From: Lama guanicoe
Lineage: Eukaryota
Assembly: GCA_013239625.1 (NCBI GenBank)
Contig: MU054187.1
Span: 2,055,757-2,119,756 of the forward strand
DNA: 64,000 nt
Reading direction: 5' to 3'
The notes beneath the pieces are model-generated. The model saw only the letters and a list, made by a program, of their open reading frames with translations. It did no database searches and was not told where the DNA came from. Below, piece after piece: positions 24,583 to 37,219 of this stretch (positions are counted from its first letter, which is position 1; each line of letters begins with the position of its first letter). The position numbers were made by a program, and so were the translations under genes.

Positions 24583-25344
24583 GTATCTCTTCATTTGATT
24601 ATGTTTTATGTCCTGGAACAGAATTTTACAGACTTTTGTTGTTGCTGCTATTGAGAATGCAATATATTTTTCATTTTTTTTCCCAAAACAGGGCCAATAC
24701 AGAGAAATCTGAATAATGTCGATATATTTATCACACACCCAGTCAACCTTACAATTCCTTCCAATGGGTTTTTATTAAATTCTCTTGAATTTTCCAAGTA
24801 TGCAATCATAACACCTAAAATGGATGTTTTTCACTTCTTTTCCATTAATTTCATCACTTACTTGATTTTTTAATTTTAGTACATTTCCCAGAAGTTCCAA
24901 AAGAATACTGAACAGATTTTCTCTGATTTATGCAAATGACTCTAGCTTTGCACTGACTTGAAATCTCATTACTTTTTTATACTTGGTCAAGTCTGCATTA
25001 CATTTATTCTGTTCCCTTCTAGGGTTATTGAATTTATTAGGAACAGCGGCCAAATTCTAACAAATGTCTCTTTTGGACAACATTAATATGACCCTATATG
25101 TTTTTACCTGTGAAGTATTCATGATTAAGGCAATTAATTATATTAATACATTCCCAAATACTGAGCCATTCTTGCATCCCAAAAACATCTGCTTTTTTGC
25201 TATTAATATATTCTTTTGATACTCTTCTGGGGTTTTAGCCATAAAAAAAGTATATTCTGTATTTTCAGATTCGGAGTATTAAATCTAGTCCACAAGATTT
25301 TTCTTGATTATGAAAGAGATGTATTGAAATCTCCCTCTGAAAAA

Positions 25345-25790
25345 TTACTGTGGTAAAATACTCATAAACCCTACCATTTTAACCTGTCTGTGGGTGTACA
25401 GTTCAGTCCTGTGGACTCATTTGCACCGCTGTGACCATCCCCACCGTCCATCTCCAGAACTGCTATCACCCGAACTGGAACTCAGCATCCATCACGCAAG
25501 AACCCAACAGCCCCTCCCTGTGCAGCCCCTGGTAACATCTACTCTGCTCTGCTCTATTCTAGGTGCCTCGTATGCTGTTTGTCCTTTCGTGTTTGGCTTA
25601 CTTTACTCAGCACACTGTCTTCCAGGTTCCTCCACGCTGTAGCTCCTATCAGGATTTCCTTCCTGCTTAAGGCTGACTGATAGCCCGCTGTATGAATATA
25701 CCACATTTTGTTTATTTATTCACTGGACATTTGAGCTGTTTCCACCATTTGGCTATAATTAATAATGCTGCTATGAACACTGATGTACAT
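25345..25790 (-). mobile_element. L1MB-like 3' fragment, antisense
   Basis: tgtggtaaaata...taccattttaacc...gtgtacagttcagt...tccatctccagaac...ataatgctgctatgaacact. Confidence 0.75.
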
Positions 25791-27615
25791 CATTATATTA
25801 AAAGTTCTCCTGAAATTATTATCTTTGACAGGCAAATACAGATTCAGCTTACCTTTTTCCTCAATTAAATCTTTCAGTATTAATTTCACTCTGTTCTGTT
25901 TAATGCTTTAACATCCACTTCGTCACATCCTGATACCACCCCCTTTTCCTGTCTTGGCCTCTAGTTCTGTGCGTACCTTTCTTTCCATACTGTAGCAACC
26001 TGTTTTACCAGGATTTCTTGTGATGGTGTGGTTCCTTTTTTAAAATCATACCAAAAAGTTTCTTTAAGTAAGGGAAAAGTTGGCTAAATTACTTAGTAAC
26101 CAATATGATGGGCTGTATTAACCTCACTGTTTCATGTTCAGTGTTCACTTTACTATTTCTGTTGTATCCTACGCAGATGTGTGCTAATCCAGTGAAGTCA
26201 GTGTTCCTTTCCGTCCTAGCTCTTCTCTGCTACTCAGCACACCCCCTTCTCTTTCCTGCTTGTCTTAATCTGTGACTGGGTGGACCCGTCACCATTCTGT
26301 AACTTGCCACCTGGCATCATCACTACAAACTGCGCAGATTGTTTATTTCTAGACTAATCCTCTTTCTCATTTCATCTATTTGATTTTTAAATCTTTCTAT
26401 CAAGTTTTATTTCTTCTTCTGGTTTCTCACTCTAATCATGTAACAGTTATATACCCTATCAGGTTATCCTACTGGTAATTTTTGTATCTAATGTTACACT
26501 TTGCTATTAGCATGTGGTGTTTATATTTCAACTAAATCAAAACTATTACCTTTAAATGGCATGCAATAGTGCAGCCTGTCTTTATTAGTTTTATTAGTTT
26601 ATTATAGACCCATAATCAGAAAATAAATCTAAAGGATTATATTATATAAATTCAACTTACAGAATTTGTTTTTTAAAAAATAGTTTTGCCTTCTAAAAAA
26701 CATTTCCAGACTCTAATGCTTATTAAAGATATTCCAGAAAGGTAAGTTTATTCTCTTTTTATGTTGTATCCCAGGTGCAAAATGGGATAGCTTCACTAAT
26801 GTACATAATACATTAAAACAAACTGCTAACAGACTTCTTTCAAAAAGCAAATATTAATACTTTATAATAGTTTATTTTAACAATTTGTTTATTTTTATAA
26901 AAGGTAAATACTCCATTTAGTTAATTCTAAAGGATGATTTTTTTTCATGGCTGAAAGCAAACTGTGTCCTACTACCGACAGCTTACAGCCAGCATCACAG
27001 CACAGCGCTTGCAAGTCAAACCAAACAAACAAAAAACAAACGACTGTGAACAACCCATGAGAACTGCACACGGCAACCAAGAGGTATGTACTAGGAAGAG
27101 GCTGGGTTCTTCCCCAGACCTCAGCATGGGAGAAAGGGTCGTGATTTTAAAGAGTTATTTGGGCTCTCTCTGCAATGTCCACCTACTCTATCTAACGTAG
27201 GTACTTTACTGACTAAAGGTTGCTCTGAAGTCATTATCTGCACATCATCTAGGAAAGAGGGTGACAAATCGCATCTAAGACAGCCTGTCCACTCTAAAGA
27301 TGCCGTCATCGTCTGCAGTGTACACCAACAAAGCAGGCACCTGAAACTTAAAACCCAGACACAGTAACCAGAAAACATTTTTTCAAAAAGTTTGTTATTT
27401 TTCATGTTTTTGGCATGCTTCTTCTATAATTTAGACTACTTTGCTATTTAGATTTAAATGCTTTTAGAGCAATAGATGGTTCAGACCATTCACCAATGCC
27501 TAATAAGCTCATGGCCCCCAAAAAATTACCGAGTGTATGAATTCAACATTATTTTGTTAAATACAGCAATTTTACAATTTCAACTATACTAGGTATAAAT
27601 AAATATTACAATTAC

Positions 27616-27786
27616 CACCGCAAGTTGTGTCCTTGAAGCAACAGTGTGAAAAACTGCAGGCATCATAAGGGACTCTTCAACTTTTATTTCCATGTCATTT
27701 TCTGTTGAAAAGGTAGTTTTAGGAATAGCAGGTAGACGTTCAGATAAGATCATTTCTTTGTTAAAAAGAAAAATTGGATTTGTGTC
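27616..27786 (-). CDS. RB1CC1: RB1CC1 exon 5 (171 nt)
   Basis: DTNPIFLFNKEMILSERLPAIPKTTFSTENDMEIKVEESLMMPAVFHTVASRTQLAV; TAG| acceptor, GTAATT donor. Confidence 0.96.
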
Positions 27787-27911
27787 CTACAGAAGTAAAA
27801 ATGCAAGAAAGAAAAAAAAACTGAGGTAAAATGTTGTAACTGCTGAACATGCACACAGCCCTCAATGTACAAATCGGATCAGTGACCCAGTTCCCGACGC
27901 CCCCCACCTAC

Positions 27912-28038
27912 CGTCCCCGCGCTGTAGGTGCACACCCTCCGGTCTGCAGCCATGCACTCTCCGCCGTTGACCACCAGCACCTGGTGCTGAATAGCGATCT
28001 TGTACTTGCTGTGGATGGCATGCTTCAGGTCGGCCACA
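27912..28038 (-). CDS. RB1CC1: RB1CC1 exon 4 (127 nt)
   Basis: (T)VADLKHAIHSKYKIAIQHQVLVVNGGECMAADRRVCTYSAGT; AAG| acceptor, GTAGGT donor. Confidence 0.96.
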
Positions 28039-29013
28039 CTTTTCAAACAAAGGGGGGTAAGTTGGTTATTTACATTTGCCCAACGACAAACCTTCTTATT
28101 ACTAAAGTAGCACTATGCAAAAATACCTGACAGATAAATGAATTTCACTCTAAAGTTTTTCCTCCAAAGAGTAGTAAAAACTATCAGCTGCTTGTTCCTG
28201 GAATTGGATTCCATAATCAAGTAAGCAATTTTAAATAAATAAAAGGTCAATAAATCACCCCTGTGCCACATCTAGAAGTCAATCTACGAGATACAGGCAG
28301 TAGAAACATTTATTTTTGTAATCTTTATATAACGTAGCAAAAGAATATGCTCAAGTTAGCGTCAGGTCTATTAAAATCTTCAGAACAGAAGATGTGTGTT
28401 AAAATCTCCAGATCGCATTACACAAAATACATTAAGTCTGTATCACATGAAAACTGCTTCCTTTTTCTATTCTTTCAAAAAAGTTATTCCTTTACAGGTC
28501 AACCTGTGTTTTATTAAAAACTAGAACTTTCAAAAAATAATTTTATGATTCCATTAAAAAATAAAATTCCAAATTTTATTCTATCATTAACAAACAAACC
28601 AAACACTATTGACTTTATTCATTTAAAATAATAAAAACAATGACAAAAAACACAGGCCTGGTGCAGGCTGGTTTATACAGCTAGCAACAGACCCTCTGCA
28701 GTGTCCTGTGGAACTGAGAACAGCAATCAGCTACGAAAACTTACTTCTGTTTGACTGCCTTGGTTTGAAACCAGTTTGTTTATTATGAACAATACATTCA
28801 TGTCAACAGAACAAAGCACAACTTAATGCATTCAACGTTAGCGTTTTAGAAAAGATGACAACTGTACGTGTAACACGCTGGGGATCAAAGCTCTAAGACT
28901 CGCTGCACTACCACTCTTCCTTAAAGGAGTCATTTCCTCAAACTCAAACAGTTCTTTAACTTTTTACACACCCAAAATGCAAAACTGATGCGAATCAATG
29001 AAAGAGAGCTCAC

Positions 29014-29084
29014 GTTTGCACTGTAAGTTCAGTGTCAAATGTCAGGGTAGTTCCAGTGTTAACCAGAAACACATACAACTTCAT
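29014..29084 (-). CDS. RB1CC1: RB1CC1 exon 3, coding part with start codon (whole exon 29014-29135)
   Basis: ATG at 29084 (GTCATCATGA); MKLYVFLVNTGTTLTFDTELTVQ(T); donor GTGAGC at 29013; acceptor TTCCTGTAG| at 29136. Confidence 0.96.
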
Positions 29085-30029
29085 GATGACTTCTCTGGAT
29101 TCTGTGAGCTTGCACCTCACACTCTGATACGGTCACTACAGGAAACAGACAAGGAGCGTGGTCAGTGCACAAACACAAGCACCAGTGCAGATGTGCTCAC
29201 GCGAGACCGAGCACAGCTGCACCGCAGCAACCACACACGCCAGGCAAGGTTCTGGCGGCCACGCTGGCCAGCTGTGCGACTCAGTGAACTCGGTGCTTAA
29301 AAAGCAGTCACACACAGGAGTGAGACCGCTGGAAAGCGTGACTGCTACCTTCAAAACTGTTCTGAGGAAGAGAGAGACCAGTGGTCAGAACAGGTCTGTG
29401 CGTTTTTCACTGTTCTCACGCACCGCCCCCCCAAGTTAAGAATATAGATTTAAAAAATCTAACACCAACATTTCTTCCTTCACTTCTTCCTTGTAACAAT
29501 AAACAACGGTCTTAAGGTTAAAACTTACTAACAGCAAATAGGAAAAGTTACTGCTTGCAATTAGAAGGGAAAGAGTTAGCCCCTGGTCCTTCCACCGGGT
29601 GCCCCTCAATCTGGGGTCCACCTCCACAGTCAAAAACGCTCCACACAAGAAACTGCCCTGACAGTTAATCACTCCATGCAACAGCAGAAAGGGCACAGGT
29701 CTGGAAATCAGAATGTTCAAACAACTGTGCCACTAACTAGTGGTCCAGGTCAAAACCCCCTCTATAAAATAAAGCGATAGATTTCAAGAGCTAGCATTTT
29801 ACTTTTAACAACTGGAGGTATAAATCCCCCAAATTAATTTAAGTGATGAAAGACAAACTTCCAGAAACTAGTAGTTATCTTTCTTTATGCTCTTTGCATA
29901 TGAGCTTTAGAGGAGAATTATGAGGGAAGAAGGAAAGAGCAAAAAAGGTTTTAAAATTAATGTTTCCAATCACTATTTTAAATGCGTTAGATCAAGATCT
30001 CTGTTATAAAGGTAGGAACTGTGACTTAC

Positions 30030-30144
30030 CGTCAGGCACTGTGAAAGAGATTACCACTTTCCTTAAAACGCAGATTAAAAGTGGCTTATGTTTGTTTTGC
30101 TTGATATTGGCAACTGAATGGCATTACTGGTGAAACTCAGTGAA
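30030..30144 (-). other. RB1CC1: RB1CC1 non-coding exon 2 (115 nt, 5' UTR)
   Basis: Pyrimidine tract TCTTTCTTTTCCAG| at 30145 and G|GTAAGT donor at 30029; size agrees with my recollection of the human UTR exon. Confidence 0.8.
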
Positions 30145-30529
30145 CTGGAAAAGAAAGATTTCTGGATTATTATTGAGAGAAATAATTCAACGTGACAACA
30201 AAAATGTTAGCAGTCTCTTCAGTTTAATGTTAACTTCTGCAAGAGTAATCTCTTCTCAGTCTCTCTTCCTACCGCATATTCACTGAACCACAAGCATGTG
30301 ACCTTGACCTAACCATTCCATTAAAAAGACATCAAACAAAAGTCCCCAAAGAACTCCCCAACACAGCCAAACTCCGCAGCCATTCTCAGTCCTTAGAATG
30401 TTACGGTCCCGTTACTTCTACATGATCTTGGCCAAGCCACTTAAAGGTTTCAGCTTCATCTTTTGTAAAACAGGGAAAAAATGGCACCTGCAGCAGAGAG
30501 CCCCTCCTTCCAGGTATCCCCTCTCTAGT

Positions 30530-30920
30530 GAACCTCGACCCCCTGGATGTGGGTGGGGCCTGTGATCTGTCTTTAGTCACTGAAACACAGCAGAGGTGAT
30601 GGAATGTCACCTCTGTGACCGCTATTCAAGACTAACTTCCCTCTTGCCAGCCCTGATGGAGTAACTGTCATGTGGATAGGCCCACGTGGGTGGCAAGGAA
30701 CTCATGCTAGCCTCTGGCCAACAGCCAGCAAGAAGCTGAGGGCCTCAGTCCAGCAACCTGCCAGGAACTGAATCGACAACCACAGCGAGCTTGGAAGCAG
30801 ATCATGCTGAATCTCCGACAAGCCCCACCCACGGCTGAAACCTTCACAGCAGCCTTCTCAGAGACCCTCGCCAAGCCACACCCACAAACCCAAAATAACA
30901 CATCTGTGTTGTTTTAAACA
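30530..30920 (+). mobile_element. MLT1-type (ERVL-MaLR) solo LTR
   Basis: ggcaaggaactcatgctagcctctggccaacagccagcaagaagctgagggcctcagtcc...gagcttggaagcagatc...tgtgttgttttaa, characteristic of MLT1. Confidence 0.75.
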
Positions 30921-31549
30921 GTTCAGACTGTGGTAGGTCCACACTCGACAGGTGATCCAGCGCCCAACATCCAAGGGGCAGTACCAGAACTGGGCGAGAA
31001 AAGAGGCCCCGTGGTGCTTGGCAGATACAAGCCCCTCCGCGGGCTCTCCCTCCTCGGTCAGCTCTCCGGGGGTCTCGCCCTCCCTGCTCGCTGTCCTGCT
31101 CCAGGGGCTGCAGCGAGGCCCTGCTGACCACCACACCCGCCCAAACACCTCTCCAGACCGACGTCTCTATCCGGCCCCTCCCAAAGCTCCTCTGCACCTG
31201 AACAACTCCCTGCTCCCGTGTGCTTCTCTTTGCTGAAGGACCTTCGTGCAGCCCGTCTCTCAGGTGCTATCCCAGATTCGCCGTCTTCCTCACCCCCGGT
31301 CAGTTCAACACACCGCTTACTGATGGCCTATCCCTGTTCCTCCTGCTACGGCTTTCAGTCAAGCCCTCGCTGTCCCTGAACTTCCACTACAGCTTCTCAA
31401 CCTGCTCCGTCTCCTCCGCCCCTCACCATCCTCCTCCCTCCCTGACATCACCCTCGAAGGGACCATTCTACATGCCAGGCGGGCCACGATGTTCTGCTCC
31501 CTGAAACCAGCCAATCAGGATCATGATGACTTTTCTGGTAGTGGCCACC

Positions 31550-31760
31550 ACTCATGAGTATTTATTATATTCCAGGCGACTGTTCTAAACCCTTTATTAA
31601 ATAAAATGCTTTCATCTGATCCTCATAAGAAACCTTTACGGTAAACAGTATCATCCTCATTTCAGAGATAAGGAAACTAAGGATCAAGGGCCTGAGTAAT
31701 GTCACAGGCTGAGTGAGGACTCGAACCCGGACAGTCCGATGCCAGCTTCTCGCGCCTTTA
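31550..31760 (-). mobile_element. MIR SINE
   Basis: MIR core: atcatcctcatttcagagataaggaaactaagg...gtcacagg...ggactcgaacccggacagtc. Confidence 0.75.
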
Positions 31761-32529
31761 CCATGGAGATGACACCCAGCAAAACCGCAGGCGCCACATG
31801 GCTTCTCCCCTCCTCCGTAACGCCCACCCCGCCCTCTCCAACTTCCCACCGCGTGACTCCCTGAACGAACACACTGCTTCAAGTCTGAGCCTCGCAGGCC
31901 TGTTCCCCACCTGGACCCCCCTTCCCCGGCCCTCCCTCCACCAGCCCCTCTCAGGTCTAAGGGCACAGCCCCACCAGGAGCCCTGCTGCCCGACTCCACT
32001 GCACTTCTCAGCTGCGCACTTCATAGCTCCCACCTCCACTGAACAGCAGGCTTCTTTAAAGCAAGGACCACGCATTCCTGGGAACTAGCTCCAAAATGCT
32101 TTCTAACTAAAATGAATAACCCAGCAGAGGATTATTCTATATCCTTGTGAAGAGTGCTAAGAAGTCACACCGTGACATTCACCACAGGGCTGCTTCTGCC
32201 TGTTCCCAGCGTCGTCATCTCCATCACATCCGCCACCAGCACACAGGACACCACCACAGCCCACGGGTGACTCAGGCCCCCACAACACAGCCCCGACGGC
32301 TCTGCCCCACAACCTAACTTACACCGCGCTGGCCTGCCCTACACCAACATCCCGTGTCTGTCGTGGCCCACAGCACATCCTGTCACCCCCTACCACGGCC
32401 ACGGCCCTGGGGGGCCCTGCATGGACGTCAGCCTGAGGGCTGCCCCAGCCATGGGTCCTGAGGAGACAGCACATAAAATGCTCGTTGCCAGCACTTCCGG
32501 AGGGATCAATCACGTGCCAGTCTGGCTTC

Positions 32530-32670
32530 ACCAATGTCTCACAACAGGTGAGACATCCACATTATTAACATCTCCCTTTGCAGATGAGGAAGAAGATTCA
32601 GAGGTTACTCAACTTGCCTGAAGACAGCAACTTAGTAAATCAAAATTCCGGGGGCTTGAAACCAGGTCAA
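32530..32670 (-). mobile_element. MIR fragment
   Basis: ccctttgcagatgaggaagaagattcagaggttactcaacttgcctgaag. Confidence 0.55.
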
Positions 32671-32979
32671 TTTATAACATTAATTCAATAAAAACATCAC
32701 TGTGAGAACCCAGTACAACCTAGGGATTTTCTCAGCTTTGGGAATAAAAGAGGAAACAATGTGATGAAATTACTATCACCTTCTCTCACGAAGCTCACAT
32801 GCCAGCGGGCAAAGTGAAAATTTTACATCTGAACACAAACTCCATGATACCTACTCTCAGAAAGAACAGCAAAGAAAGCTTTCATCTCAAGTAGAGCAGT
32901 TCCCAAACACACACCCGCACTTTCCTGCTTCACTCTTTACAGACACGCACACTGCTGGGACACCCGGCATCCGTATGAC

Positions 32980-33450
32980 CTCCAGGGACAGCCAGAGCCT
33001 GCAGGTCCGCCACAGGGCGGTCACAGGTGAGGAAGCCCCATGCAACCCTGGACGCTAAGGACTCAGGGAGGCTCCCCAGGGGTCCGTGCTGTGGCGCATG
33101 CCGGCCACGGGGAGGCAGTGCTGCCCTCCCTGACCCCACAGAGGGACCCGAGCGCTGCACCTGCAGCCCTGCCAGGCCCCCCTCCCTGCATATCTTCCTT
33201 CGTCTGCTAGAGTTTGACTTGTAGCCTCCCACTACAATAACACTGTAATCATAAGTATAGCGCCTTCCTCAATTCTGTGAGCTTTCCTAGTGAATTTAAC
33301 TCAAAGGTAATTTTGGGAACCCTGGACTCTGCAGTCAGTTGGTCTGAAGTGAGGGGGTCCTGGACAACACCAAACTTGTGGCTGGTGCTCCCGGTGGGAG
33401 TGGACTTGTGGGGGCTGTTCCATCTCAGTCCAGAGTGGACTAAAACCCCT
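32980..33450 (+). mobile_element. MER21-like LTR fragment
   Basis: aataacactgtaatcataagtatagcgccttcctcaattctgtgagc...gggaaccc...ggtctgaagtgagggggtcctgg...aacttgtggctggtg. Confidence 0.7.
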
Positions 33451-33639
33451 GCACACCCACATGTGTTTTCCCCAAAGAAGCTCTAGAGAAGTGGCTGATT
33501 CCAAAACGTACCCAGCGTGTAAGCCTGGAACACCTCAACGTGATAGAAAAGCTGGGAAGCCGCCACAGACTAACGAGACAGCGTCAGAAGGGCAAAGAGG
33601 TCAACCTAGAGAGGCTTCACTAAGCTAGGACAGTTTGGG

Positions 33640-34720
33640 CATCAACGGAATGATGGCAAATAGTTAAGTGTTCATAACGTTACCCAAAAAAGAAAGAAGA
33701 AACACCCAGTGAGCTGGGGCAGCAACCTAGTGTCAAAGCTGGGGAGGGAAGGACATACATGCATCTCCTGGCGCACCGACCTTGGGGAAAACCAACACTT
33801 GCTGAAGGAATGGCCTCTTCTGCAGACAAACTCCAGCTAACACTACAGACAGAACACAGAAGATGACCATTTTGCAATGAAGTAACAGATCTAGACAACC
33901 ATGAACTGTCACAATGAGGAGAAGTGCGACGTGAGAGGGGCTGACAGACATGAACACACTGACCGCCTATCACTCTTCTACTGACAGTGTCTCTGCGCGT
34001 CTCCGCTGGACACGAGCACAACCCCGCCCTAAAGGACCGCTGCTCCCGCTCCGTGCAAAAAATGAACCAAAATCTACCTAAGCCTCTACATCCACCTACA
34101 GTTCCCAGTTTATACACAACAAGGAGTCACAGAGGAAAAAAGTCAACAATATTATAAGAAAACCACCAACTAAGTCAGAAATGAGCATTCTATAGGACAA
34201 TGACCTAGTTTCTTCAACAAATGGCTTCAAAAAGACAAGGGAGAAAGAATTCTACCTACTAACGGAGATGTAAGAGGTAAAATAACCACATGTAATGTGT
34301 GCACCTGTCTGGATCCTGAAATCAAAGAAACCACTGTAAAAAGACATACTTGAAATAAGTGTGGAAATCTAAATATGGACTAGGTATTAGATTATACTTA
34401 AGAATCACTATTCCTCTTTTTTCAATAATGGTATTTTAGTTATAAAATAATTCTAAAAATTAGTTCTAAAAAATTCATGTGTAAAATAATATTTGAAATG
34501 TTTTAAAACATTCCAGCAGAAACAAATGAAAGACGGAAGGACGTGAGGCAGGGAAGGGAGAGGTCAGCTGAGGTCAGCTGGGCAGGGGACAGATAAGACG
34601 AGCAAGACACCGATCCACCATTAAAGCACAAAGGATGGACAGACTGGTTTCACTGTTACACTCTCTCTAGTTTTGTGTATGCTTGCAAATTTCCATGATA
34701 AAATATTACAAAAATCATCA
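33640..34720 (+). mobile_element. Old L1 (L1MC/MD-like) 3' UTR fragment
   Basis: cattctataggacaatgacctagtttcttcaacaaat...atgtaatgtgtgcacctgtctggatcctg...aatatggactaggtattaga; boundaries approximate. Confidence 0.55.
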
Positions 34721-37125
34721 TAATTATTTTAATAATCCTATTTAGCATTCAAATATTATAGGTGGGACTCTACTATAAATAATTATGACCTTTCTGAAAA
34801 ACAGCTGGCGTTGATGGGGCAGGTAACTAAAACGTTAACAAACTCACGCCTCTCATCTCAAAGGGAGAAAGAACATCCTCCTTGCAGAGCTGCTGCAGGA
34901 CCAGAGCAGTAAGAGAGGGGAGCGAGGGGTGCACACAGCTGAAGCAAGACTGGCCCTGAGTGAGCTCCTGGAACAACATGACAGTTACACCCGCCTGTAC
35001 AGGGGCTGCGTGCACCCCAGCAGTGATGAGCCCACCTCCCTCCACTCATGCTGGACACAAATTTAACCTCCCCCATACCTACTGGTCATCCTTTCTCACG
35101 AGGATGGATACAAGTCATTGAAACACTTCTGGAGCAGTCTTCCGCTGCGGTTAAGACAGAGCTAAGAAATTTTCTTTTCCATAATTTCTCAAAGACAATC
35201 TTTATCCCACTGTGAAGTAGGTCTGGCCCGGGTACACCATGTCAGCTCTCAGCATATCATCTTTGCAGCCAATGCATGAAAATGAGCAAATTATACAAAT
35301 AATGTCTGTACATAAGGGCTCTGTGACCACCGCGTCCATGGCAGGGCACAAACATTACGCTCCACTAAATAAAGGGACAGTAACAATTGCTAATAAAATG
35401 AAATCCTAGCTCCCGTACGTCAGCACGTATGTGCAGATATGGACGCACCCAACTTCCATGTTGCACGAACACCGCGTCAGCAGAAAGTATCGATGACAGC
35501 CAAGGCACTCCTACTCTCAAACCGCACTCAGATGTGAAAAAGCAAATTACTTGTGAGTTAAGAGTTCCCGGGCCTGTCACTACGCTGAGAGGGAAGATGA
35601 CCTGGAGGACACCCACAGCGCCAACCTCCTCAAGACCCACACGGCAAGGTCTGTGCATATGGAAACCGGCAGCAAGCAGTCAATGCACCAGGGCGCCAGG
35701 ACCCTCCTACGTGAATGCGGAGCCCCAGTGCCAAGCGAGGGGCACCATCCAGATCCCCACTTGGCCATCAGCTACAGCCCCTCAGAAAACTGCGCGATTC
35801 AACTTCTCGCTTCTTTACCCTAGCTCCTACTAGACTAGAGCCTTTAAAAAAATCTACTTCTATCTTGAGCTGTTATTTCAACCTTGTATCACTAATTTTT
35901 AGGTGGTCAGGTCACAGCAATGTTAAGTTTGGTATGGAAAGATTTTATTTCTACATTTAATTTTTCATAATTTGCATATTGGACACAATAAGGGATGGAA
36001 ATAAGAATCTGTGTGTGAGCAAAGTAAAAGCTCTGGTCGGATTCTAACTCAAGTATGGGTTATAAAATTAACTGCTCTAAATGGGTAACAGAACGAACAA
36101 AATGTATTTATTCATGCTACTATTCTGAGTTCTTTTAAAAGAAACGTCATAAGACCTATATAAAGGCCAATTCTGTGTAATCTAAATCAAAGTCATAAAA
36201 TTTTTCTGAATTACATCTTCTCCAGCCAATCCAGGAGCCACATGGTTTTACTGTCAAGTAAGTAACTGGACTTAAAAAAAAATTCCCATCACTGCACGTC
36301 CATCTAAATTCCCACTCCCTAACCTGTGAAGCGGGGTATTAGTAATACCTGCCTCACACAGCTTTCGTGGAAAACAAGTTAAATAATCCGTGCAAAAGAG
36401 CCTATTTATTAGCACAATGCCAACTTCTCAGTAAATACTCCAAAACGTTGCCGAGGGACAGGAAATATCTCTGTGACATAACACAAAGTACTCAAGAGGG
36501 CCTGTTAAGTGAGTAGACTCTCACGTGCGAAACTCTCCAGGAGACTAAGTAAACGACAAAGTGGCGTTCAAACAGTAACTGAGAGCGATCACTTCCAAGG
36601 AGCTAATTGTTGGCAGTTTCTTTATTAGCCAACATATTCCAAGGCTGCTTATCTAAACAAAACAATAACAATCATCTCTACCTTAAATATTATCTTCCTC
36701 TTCGTAAAAGGCTCCGGGGCTATTTGACCTGGGCCAGGGAGTACTTATTCACATGTGACAGCTAAACCACGCAGACTACCGTCGCTAACACCCAAGAGGT
36801 TAGTATCCACCCAAATCCACCACGGAGGACACCATCCACTACGCAATCTGCAGTCTTATTTTAATGTCCCTTCAACTCGTCCACAAACTAAAAACGCTGG
36901 ACGGCATCTACTCAACCATCCAAGTCCCTTGAACCAACACTCTAGCACCGCCCTTCTGAGCCTCACTGCACATGGCTGCGGGCACCTGAAGCGACCTCCT
37001 GAAGAAAGACAGTAAGCCACCACCTTTCGTGCCTTTACTTGTGTCATTTCACTGCCCTCGTTTTGTAAACAAAGTGCACTTTACAGTTGGTAAGTACCTG
37101 CAACTGTAAAGTACAAGCACAGAAG

Positions 37126-37219
37126 GGGGAGCACGTGCTTAGCACGTATGAGGTCCTGGGCTCAGTCCCCAGTGTCTCCTCTAAAAATAAATAAGCCTAA
37201 TTACCTAACCCCCCAAAAG
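37126..37219 (+). mobile_element. tRNA-derived SINE (camelid vic-1-like), A box missing
   Basis: GGGGAGCACGTGCTTAGCACGTATGAGGTCCTGGGCTCAGTCCCCAG...; perfect 16-bp TSD AGTACAAGCACAGAAG at 37110-37125 and 37220-37235. Confidence 0.85.
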
